A DNA stretch of 32,089 bases. Source: an uncultured Oscillospiraceae bacterium (GTDB lineage: Bacteria; Bacillota; Clostridia; Oscillospirales; Oscillospiraceae). Positions 25,307 through 32,089 of this stretch are shown piece by piece. The stretch is taken from positions 1 to 32,089 of the forward strand of contig CAYYGF010000002.1 in NCBI GenBank assembly GCA_964471315.1. The letters run 5' to 3'. The position numbers were made by a program, and so were the translations under genes. Position 1 is the first letter of the stretch, and each line of letters opens with the position of its first letter. The notes beneath the pieces are model-generated. The model ran no database searches. It was not told the DNA's origin and saw nothing but the letters and a program-made list of their open reading frames with translations.

Positions 25307-25996
25307 TTACAACTCATATAGCGGCCGCTGGGGATTGTACGGCTGGGGCTTGTATGTAACAGAGCCAATGGGTTTGCCTTCAATGCCGTATTTTGGGTTA
25401 TACCCAAACAGGTTTACATAACGTTCCAGATCATCCTTTTCCTTCTCCATTTCCTCCATAACGGCAACCGTGGCCAGCACATCGTCCACCGCCCGGTGGG
25501 AATTGACCACCTTCCCGGAGAGGCCGTACTGTTCGATGGCACTGCACAGCCGGTGGGGATAGCTGTGGCGATCCCGGTAAACAGTGAGCAGATCCAGCTT
25601 GTCCTTGCCCTTCAAAATGGCGGTATCTCCGTCTCTTAGCAGCATGTAGAACAGAAAGCTCAAATCAAAGTGGGCATTATAGGCCAGCAGCAGGGTATTT
25701 CCCCCCACCATCTCCCCGATGTCCCGGCAGACCCGGGTTTTGGACAGGCCCCTTTCCTGGAGATCGGCGGTGGTGATTCCGGTGAGCTGCTGAATCTTCG
25801 GGGGCACAAAGCTGCCGGGGGACAGGCTCACCAGCTCGTCATACTCCCGGGTCACAATGGGGCCGTTTTCCGACGGCTCCACAATCACAGCGGCAAACTC
25901 AATGATCTCGTCCCGGCTGTAGATTAGGCCGGTGGTCTCCGTGTCCAGCAGCAGCAGCCGGTCATAGCGGGAAAACAATTTCTCAAAATTCGCCAT
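25307..25996 (-). CDS. DEDDh 3'-5' exonuclease (DnaQ/Pol III epsilon-like)
   Basis: DTETTG, AYNAHFD, SHRAVDDV motifs; start ATG 25996 with RBS. Confidence 0.9.
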   Translation of the reverse strand: MANFEKLFSRYDRLLLLDTETTGLIYSRDEIIEFAAVIVEPSENGPIVTREYDELVSLSPGSFVPPKIQQLTGITTADLQERGLSKTRVCRDIGEMVGGNTLLLAYNAHFDLSFLFYMLLRDGDTAILKGKDKLDLLTVYRDRHSYPHRLCSAIEQYGLSGKVVNSHRAVDDVLATVAVMEEMEKEKDDLERYVNLFGYNPKYGIEGKPIGSVTYKPQPYNPQRPLYEL

Positions 25997-26066
25997 TCTC
26001 TCTCTCCTAATGCATCCTAATATGGCACGGTTTGGATACCAAACCGTCAATTTCCGGCATTGGGCG

Positions 26067-26639
26067 TCATAGCGCCAGCTCCATGGCCCGGGCCAGCTTG
26101 CTTTTCAGTTCAGGAACCAGGCCGAATTCCCGGGCCAGATCTTCTGCAAAGGCGGCAGCCACCCCATCCTCGCCGGATTTCAGCTCCACTTCAATTTCAC
26201 AAAGGAGCCTTTCCTTCCCACCGCCCAGAAGGCAGCCCTGATCCAGCGCCAGCTCCACGCTGCCTTGCGGAAGGGATATTTCCCTGGCCAGCCGGGTAAA
26301 CCGGGCGCCGCAGAAGGGCGTCACCCCTCCGGCGGTGAGGTCCAGCAGCTCCTCCGGAGCGCCCTGGGAGACCAGCGCCAGCACACCGGCCATCAGTGAA
26401 GCACTGACCGTCTCCCATTCCCCCCGGCTGCCGTCGGGCAGGGGGATCTTCACGGTACAGACGGAAACGCCGTTTTCCAGCCGTTTGCGTAGTGTCCAGT
26501 GCCGCAGCCGCAGCTTTAGGTCCGGGGTGTCATAATAGGTGGTTTCCATGGTAATCGGGGTAAAGGGGGCATATTTTTCTTGAATCGCCTGGATGACGGC
26601 GGCATCCCCCCGGTATTTCCGTTCGTATTCTCTTCCCAT
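26067..26639 (-). CDS. CYTH-domain (triphosphate tunnel metalloenzyme) protein
   Basis: EYERK (ExExK), YYDTPD..L, LR.R, TVK, E.E, ELALD.G, EIEVELKSG, SKLAR; start ATG 26639 with GGAGG. Confidence 0.9.
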   Translation of the reverse strand: MGREYERKYRGDAAVIQAIQEKYAPFTPITMETTYYDTPDLKLRLRHWTLRKRLENGVSVCTVKIPLPDGSRGEWETVSASLMAGVLALVSQGAPEELLDLTAGGVTPFCGARFTRLAREISLPQGSVELALDQGCLLGGGKERLLCEIEVELKSGEDGVAAAFAEDLAREFGLVPELKSKLARAMELAL

Positions 26640-26671
26640 AGCGGCCTCCGTTTTCTCGATCAACTGCCCCC

Positions 26672-26700
26672 ATTATACACCGATACCTGGGCGGATGCAA
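26672..26700 (-). promoter_or_regulatory. SigA-type promoter of the CYTH gene
   Basis: TTGCAT-N17-TATAAT on the minus strand. Confidence 0.75.
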
Positions 26701-26790
26701 GAAACTTTCTCGCCATTGCCATTCCGACAGCATTATTTTTCCTGCCGTGGTAGGATTTTCCTATCTCAATGGAAAGGCTGTGGTGTACGA

Positions 26791-28692
26791 ATGATGGTTC
26801 AGACCTACTTACGCCGGGGGCAGCGGAATCTACAACGATTTCTACTGGAACCCCGGATCCGGCTGGCCGGAACGGTAATCGCCTATTTTGGCAGCGGCTT
26901 TTTGTTCAGTGCGGCCAGCCTGGGGCACTTCCCTCAGCCGCTGGCGCTGGGATGGGTCACGGCATTCACCGGCTGGCGGGCTGTGGCCGCCGCTCTGGGG
27001 GCCATGGCCGGATACCCCACCTTCTGGGGCGGCGCCGGACAGCAGGGTATCGTCTGGTCCGCCGCTGGGGGACTGCTGGCACTGCTGCTGGGCAGGCGGG
27101 AGGAAAGCCGGGATCAGCCGCTGATGCTCCCGGCCATCGCTGCCCTGCTCATGGCGGTAACGGGCTTGACTTTTTCCGTCTTCTTGGGAGATCAGACGCC
27201 TGTGGCGATGTTTTTTCTTCGCATCGCGCTGACCTTCTTTTCCGCGGCGCTGTTTTCCCAGGCATCCCGGTGCCGGGATGCCATTACCGACTGGTTGTGC
27301 ATTGGCCTGGGCGTGCTGGCGCTGGCGCAGGTTCGGCTGGGGCCATACCTGGATCTGGGCATTGCCGCCGCCGGGGCCTTGTCTGTGGGCGGGGCGTTCC
27401 CGGCGGCGGCGCTGGCGGGACTGGGGCTGGATCTGGCACAGGTAACCCGCCTGCCCATGACGGCGGTACAGTGCCTGGCCTATTTCATCCGGCTGATTCC
27501 CTTCGACAAGAAATGGCAGCGCTGCGCCGCGCCGGGTGTAGCCTGCTGCTTGGTGATGGCGGCTGGCGGACAGTGGGATTGGACGATCCTTCCCAGTCTG
27601 GTGCTGGGCGGGGCAGTGGGCTCCCTTTTGCCGCCCCGGCCGCCGGTAATCCGCCGCCGGGGGGAATCCGGCACCGCTCAGGTACGCCTGGAACTGGGAG
27701 CGGAGGTGTTGGCCGCCCAGCAGCAGCTGATTTTGGAGCTGGAGCCGCCTCCCATCGACATGGAGGCACTGCTGGACAACGTGCGCCACCGGGCCTGCGC
27801 CAGCTGCTCCGCCCGAAAAAGCTGTCTCGAACAGGCAAAGCTGTCACCGGAGCTGCTGGACAATCCCCTGGATGCCGACTGCCGGAAGGCTGGCCGGCTG
27901 ATTCCGGAGCTGCGCCGGGCCCAGGATCAGCTGCGGTATCTCAAGGCTGAACGGGCGCGGCTGGGGGAGTACCGGGGGGCGCTGGTCCAGCAGTATCGGT
28001 TTCTGGTGGATTACCTGCGGCAATTGGCGGATCAGCTGCCCCGACGGGGGGAGGGAATCCGAATCGAATTTCGGGTGGAGGTATCCGCCCGTTCCCGGGG
28101 GAAGGAACGGGCCAACGGAGATACCTGTCTGGCCTTTCCAGGGCCGGAGTGCCGGTATTTCGTTCTGCTGTGTGACGGTATGGGCACCGGACTGGGAGCT
28201 GCCCAGGACAGCCGGGAGGCCAGCGGCCTGGTGCGGCGGATGCTGACGGCAGGCTTTCCCCCGGAGCACACCTTGAGCAGCGTCAACAGCCTGCTGGTTC
28301 TCCGGGGTACCGGCGGCGCGGCAACCTTTGACCTGGCGGAGCTGCGGCTGGACACCGGGACGGCGGCGATATACAAATGGGGCGCCGCCCCCAGCTGGAT
28401 ACTGACCCGCTCCGGCATACAAAAAATTGGGACAGCCTCACCGCCGCCGGGATTCTCGGTGAAGGAGAACCGGATGGCAGTGGAGAAGCTGTCCCTGCGT
28501 CGGGGGGAGGTGCTGATTTTACTCAGCGATGGCGTGGACGGAGAGGATGCCCTGCGCCAAATCTCTTTGACTCCGGACGCGCCGCCTGGGGAGCTGGCGG
28601 CGAAAATTCTGGAGAGAGGCTGCCGGAACCCAGAGGATGATGCAACTGCCGCTGTGATCCGCCTGCGTCCGGCAAGCCTGTCTGCATCATAG
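26791..28692 (+). CDS. spoIIE: Stage II sporulation protein E (membrane PP2C phosphatase), compact form
   Basis: About 10 N-terminal TM segments, central CASC.....C motif, C-terminal PP2C motifs NGD, CDGMGTG, ATFDL, K.GAAPS, LSDGV, DDAT; 633 aa from ATG 26791. Confidence 0.8.
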   Translation: MMVQTYLRRGQRNLQRFLLEPRIRLAGTVIAYFGSGFLFSAASLGHFPQPLALGWVTAFTGWRAVAAALGAMAGYPTFWGGAGQQGIVWSAAGGLLALLLGRREESRDQPLMLPAIAALLMAVTGLTFSVFLGDQTPVAMFFLRIALTFFSAALFSQASRCRDAITDWLCIGLGVLALAQVRLGPYLDLGIAAAGALSVGGAFPAAALAGLGLDLAQVTRLPMTAVQCLAYFIRLIPFDKKWQRCAAPGVACCLVMAAGGQWDWTILPSLVLGGAVGSLLPPRPPVIRRRGESGTAQVRLELGAEVLAAQQQLILELEPPPIDMEALLDNVRHRACASCSARKSCLEQAKLSPELLDNPLDADCRKAGRLIPELRRAQDQLRYLKAERARLGEYRGALVQQYRFLVDYLRQLADQLPRRGEGIRIEFRVEVSARSRGKERANGDTCLAFPGPECRYFVLLCDGMGTGLGAAQDSREASGLVRRMLTAGFPPEHTLSSVNSLLVLRGTGGAATFDLAELRLDTGTAAIYKWGAAPSWILTRSGIQKIGTASPPPGFSVKENRMAVEKLSLRRGEVLILLSDGVDGEDALRQISLTPDAPPGELAAKILERGCRNPEDDATAAVIRLRPASLSAS

Positions 28693-28761
28693 CATTTTGG
28701 GAGCAAAAAATCTGTCGAAACACCAGATGTAGGATGTAAAAAAAGCGGAAAATCACAAGAT

Positions 28762-28799
28762 GTGGGAGAAACCGGGTTCCGGCTTCTCCCACTTTGTTT
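28762..28799. terminator. Hairpin terminator between convergent spoIIE and ABC ATPase
   Basis: GTGGGAGAA-ACCGG-GTT-CCGG-C-TTCTCCCAC followed by TTTGTTT. Confidence 0.7.
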
Positions 28800-29598
28800 A
28801 CTCCATCTCCGCGCTGAACAGAATTCGGTCATTCTCCACGCCCTGGGCGTGGAAGGCCCGCAGCAGATCCTCCGTGGTCATGGCGGCCCGTTTATCTCCC
28901 GCCAGCTCCATCACGATGGAGCCGTCCTTCATCATGATGGTTCGGTTGCCCAGAGCCAGAGCGGAGGGAATGTTGTGGGTAATCATCAAGCAGGTGATAC
29001 CGTTTTCCGACACAATTTTTCTGGTCAGTGTCAGCACCTTTTCCGCGGTGGCAGGATCCAGGGCCGCGGTATGTTCATCCAGCAGCAGCAGCTTCGGCGT
29101 GACCAGCGTGGCCATCAGCAGTGTCAGCGCCTGGCGCTGGCCGCCGGACAGCAGACCCACGGGATGATTCATCCGATCCTCCAGTCCCAAATCCAGCATG
29201 GCCAGCTTCTCCCGAAATTCCTTCCGATCCCGGCTGGAAACCATGGAGAAGGGGGAGGTGCCCCGGGAAGCCCGCATGTAGGCCAGGGCCAGGTTTTCCT
29301 CGATGGTCATATTGGGGGCGGTGCCCCGCAGCGGATCCTGGAACAGCCGTCCGATGAATTTGCTGCGTTTGTAGTCGGGGAGGTTGGTGATATTCTGTCC
29401 GTCCAGCACAATGCTGCCGCTGTCCACCACGAAGGAGCCGGCGATGGCGTTGAACAAGGTGGATTTTCCCGCCCCGTTGGAGCCGAGAATGGTGACAAAA
29501 TCCCCTTTGGCCAGCTCTAAGTTCAAATTCGACAAAGCCTTCTTCTCGTTGACGGTGCCGGGATTGAAGGTTTTGGAGATGTTGTGGATTTTCAGCAT
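28798..29598 (-). CDS. ABC transporter ATP-binding protein (putative aromatic amino acid / Trp importer)
   Basis: KTFNPGT, GSNGAGKST, FQDP..GTAP, LSGGQRQAL, LLDEHTAALDP; start ATG 29598. Confidence 0.9.
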   Translation of the reverse strand: MLKIHNISKTFNPGTVNEKKALSNLNLELAKGDFVTILGSNGAGKSTLFNAIAGSFVVDSGSIVLDGQNITNLPDYKRSKFIGRLFQDPLRGTAPNMTIEENLALAYMRASRGTSPFSMVSSRDRKEFREKLAMLDLGLEDRMNHPVGLLSGGQRQALTLLMATLVTPKLLLLDEHTAALDPATAEKVLTLTRKIVSENGITCLMITHNIPSALALGNRTIMMKDGSIVMELAGDKRAAMTTEDLLRAFHAQGVENDRILFSAEME

Positions 29599-30485
29599 TT
29601 GGCGTTTCCTCCCTTGGTGGCAGGCTTCATCGCGCTCTGGATGGCGGGCAGACCGATGGCCAGCGCCACAATGGTGGCAGAGATCAGCTTCAAGCATTCA
29701 CTGGGCAGATCCAGACGCAGGGCAATGGCAATGATAAAGCGGTACAACACGGAGCCAAGCACCGCGCCCAGAGCCTTCCTCCACAGCTTTCCCTTGGGCA
29801 TCAGCGTCTCGCCGATGATGAGAGACGCCAGACCGATGATCACCATGCCGGTGCCCAGATTGATGTCGGCAGTTTTCTGGTACTGGGCCAGCACCGCGCC
29901 GGACAGGGCAGTGAGGGAGTTGGACAGGCACAAACCCACGGTAATGGTAAAGCCTGTGTTGATGGAGGAGGCCCGAACCATATCCGGATTGTCGCCGGTG
30001 GCCCGGATGGACAGTCCCAGCCGGGTCTTCAAAAACAACACCAGCAGCACGGCGGCGGTAAGGGTAATCAGCGCGACGGGCAGCAGCTTGTGCGCCCCTC
30101 CCAGCCCCGGCTGAAGCATGGCGAAGATGGTTTTCGCCTTCATCATATTCACATTGGAGGAAAAGCCCATCACAGCCAGATTCACGGTATACAGTCCCGT
30201 ATTGGTGATGATACCCGCGAGGATGGAGGGGATGCCCAGCTTGGTTTGCAGAGCGGAGGTGACAAACCCGGCACATGCCCCCGCCAGCATGGCGGCCGGC
30301 AGCGCCAGTACCGGATGCCCGGCCACCGCCAGGGTCGCGGACACGGCGCAGCCCAGGGTAAAAGCGCCGTCAGTGGTCATATCCGCGATGTTCAGAACCC
30401 GAAAGCTCAGAAACAGCGCCAGAGCCACCAATGCGTAAATGCACCCCAATTCCAGGGCGCTCATAATAACGGCTGATGAGATCAC
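29592..30485 (-). CDS. ABC transporter permease (putative aromatic amino acid / Trp importer)
   Basis: FRVLN.ADMT.DG.F.LG, LAGI, T.LG...RATGDN, G.GM.IIGLAS.IIGE; GTG start with AGGAGG. Confidence 0.9.
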   Translation of the reverse strand: MISSAVIMSALELGCIYALVALALFLSFRVLNIADMTTDGAFTLGCAVSATLAVAGHPVLALPAAMLAGACAGFVTSALQTKLGIPSILAGIITNTGLYTVNLAVMGFSSNVNMMKAKTIFAMLQPGLGGAHKLLPVALITLTAAVLLVLFLKTRLGLSIRATGDNPDMVRASSINTGFTITVGLCLSNSLTALSGAVLAQYQKTADINLGTGMVIIGLASLIIGETLMPKGKLWRKALGAVLGSVLYRFIIAIALRLDLPSECLKLISATIVALAIGLPAIQSAMKPATKGGNAKC

Positions 30486-30560
30486 GGTTGCTCCTCCTTG
30501 TGAAAACAGCATGGTTGGGAGGGGCCGCGGCCCCTCCCGTTTGGGTTTTAAAATGTGCGT

Positions 30561-31559
30561 TTATTCGCCGGTCTTGACTTCCACAACGGTGTTGGCCATG
30601 GTAGAGAATACACTGTAGTCCACGTTCACAGCCGCGGCGGTATCGGTGTTGACGGTGATAATGCCGCCATCCATCTTCTGGAATTCGGGAACATCACCGC
30701 CCAGCAGGATGTCCATGGCCATGTCAGCGGTTTTGGCGCCAAGCTCGGTGTAGTTGACACCGCAGGTGGCGAAGGCGCCGGTCTGCACGAAGGAGTCCGC
30801 GCCCGCATAGTGGGGGATACCGGCCTTGTTCAGAACTTCCGCCACGGCAGCTTCTGCCGCCATGACCACGTTGTCGGTGGGGGTGAATACCGCGTCTACC
30901 CGGCCAACCAGACTGTTGGCGGCGGTGACAATCTCATCGGTGGTGTTGCCGGTCTTTTCCAGATAAGCGATGCCCTTGGCATCCAGGTAAGCCTTGGCCT
31001 CGGCAATGGGGGTAGCGGAGTTGACCTCGGAGTTGGAGTACAGAAGGCCCACGGTCTGGATTTCGGGCTGGGCGGCAAGCATCATGTCCAGAATGAAGGG
31101 GGTATTCAGCGCGTCGGAGGTGCCGGTGACGGTGGGAAGTCCGGTGAGACCGGCGGCCTCGGGATCCGAGATGGCGGCGTAGACAATGGGAATGTTCGTA
31201 CCTTCCGCGGCGGTAACCATGGTCTGGGCTGCCAGCGTGGCGATGGGAATAATCATATCCACCTTGTCGCCCACCACCTGGGCGCCGATCTGACCCAGAA
31301 CGGTGGGATCATTCTGGCCGTGATACTCGCTCACATTGACCGTAACGCCCTTTTCAGCGGCAATGGCCTGGAGCTGCGCCGCGGCGGCGGTGCGGATCTC
31401 GTCCAGAGAGGCGTGATCCAGCTGCTGGACAATGGCGACGTTGAACACCTTCGTTTCTTCTGCGGGTGCGGTTGTCTCGGGGGCAGAAGAGGAAGCGCAG
31501 CCTGCAAACAGGGCGGCGATCATGGTCAAGCAGAGAACCAGAGAAATAACCTTTTTCAT
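30561..31559 (-). CDS. ABC transporter substrate-binding lipoprotein (ABC_sub_bind family, TrpX-like)
   Basis: LFAGC lipobox, Q..DH.SLD, ATLAAQ, DP..AGL, TGTSD, E.NS, PTDN; RBS AAAGGAG; T-box upstream. Confidence 0.88.
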   Translation of the reverse strand: MKKVISLVLCLTMIAALFAGCASSSAPETTAPAEETKVFNVAIVQQLDHASLDEIRTAAAAQLQAIAAEKGVTVNVSEYHGQNDPTVLGQIGAQVVGDKVDMIIPIATLAAQTMVTAAEGTNIPIVYAAISDPEAAGLTGLPTVTGTSDALNTPFILDMMLAAQPEIQTVGLLYSNSEVNSATPIAEAKAYLDAKGIAYLEKTGNTTDEIVTAANSLVGRVDAVFTPTDNVVMAAEAAVAEVLNKAGIPHYAGADSFVQTGAFATCGVNYTELGAKTADMAMDILLGGDVPEFQKMDGGIITVNTDTAAAVNVDYSVFSTMANTVVEVKTGE

Positions 31560-31686
31560 AATCAATACTCCTTTAATCAGTTTATGTGGATTGTTGGTGA
31601 TGTTTTCATGGAAATGGGTACTTTTTTCCGTCACCATCGTTTCCCCGGTAATTTCTGTTTCATAACCCTCGCTCCTTACGGAAATG

Positions 31687-31950
31687 AAAAAAGTCCTTGT
31701 TCCCCTAAGGGAACAAGGACAGAATCTACAAATTCTGCGGTACCACCTTGTTTGCCGTATCAAACGACCGCCTCCGCACGATGCCAACACACCGTCTGCC
31801 CGATAACGCTGGCACTGCGTCAGAAGATACTCTGGATACCCATTTCCCTCTGCCCTCGGCGGCCCATTTGCTGCCCCGCTCTTCGCTCCGCTCTCAGCTA
31901 TGCGAAACTCTCTGTGGATGCGCTTGCAGCTTTACTTCCGCTTCGTTGGT
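31687..31950 (-). ncRNA. T-box riboswitch, specifier probably UGG (Trp)
   Basis: Stem I with GA motif, AGUA, AGAGA and GCUGA motifs; specifier loop AAA-UGG-G (31866-64); AGUA and GCGUUA stem II elements; T-box AAGGUGGUACCGC within 31752-37; terminator GUCCUUGUUCCC/GGGAACAAGGAC + U6 (31720-31687). Confidence 0.92.
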
Positions 31951-31970
31951 TTGTTTATGAAGTTATGCTA

Positions 31971-31999
31971 GTTATACACCATCGGTGTCCATTTGTCAA
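31971..31999 (-). promoter_or_regulatory. SigA promoter of the T-box leader
   Basis: TTGACA-N17-TATAAC on the minus strand. Confidence 0.85.
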
Positions 32000-32089
32000 G
32001 CACTTTTTTTCACGATGGAAAGACAATTTTTTCCTTAAGGCAACACCGCACAATGGGAGCTGCGGGCTTCGGCGGATCTTTTGCCCCAA

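Noticed and set aside
22551-26700. Integrative element or prophage at tRNA-Glu
   Set aside because: No integrase, no duplicated tRNA 3' end seen, and the genes are housekeeping-like
32036-32089. Possible 3' end of an upstream minus-strand gene (...AEARSSHCAVLP*)
   Set aside because: Too short to support

Overview
GC-rich chromosomal segment, probably from a spore-forming gut Clostridia (Oscillospiraceae-like; inferred from gene content and codon style). Left 14.6 kb: a DeoR-linked catabolic locus in two minus-strand operons. Operon 1 encodes a sugar ABC importer, methylthioribose kinase MtnK and a divergent MtnA isomerase. Operon 2 encodes an Fe-ADH, an MFS carrier, a SucD-type CoA-acylating aldehyde dehydrogenase, an atypical thiolase-fold protein, a DUF35 Zn-ribbon/OB protein, a CoA-disulfide-reductase-like flavoprotein and a class II aldolase that runs off the left edge. 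This is a DHAP-shunt core for 5-methylthioribose/5-deoxyribose plus an extra module I cannot match to a described pathway. My main hypothesis is reductive C-S cleavage of (methylthio)acetyl-CoA to acetyl-CoA + methanethiol. Right half: DUF421/DUF4363, a DnaA-box cluster, uppP, an OmpR-type two-component system with htrA, a multi-hairpin REPIN/MITE-like element, acyl-ACP thioesterase, abutting tRNA-Met/tRNA-Glu, a sortase-type surface protein, an aminotransferase, a DEDDh exonuclease, a CYTH protein, a compact spoIIE, and a T-box (probably Trp) controlled ABC transporter with a 10-codon uORF. All family assignments are by motif recognition; no searches were run.
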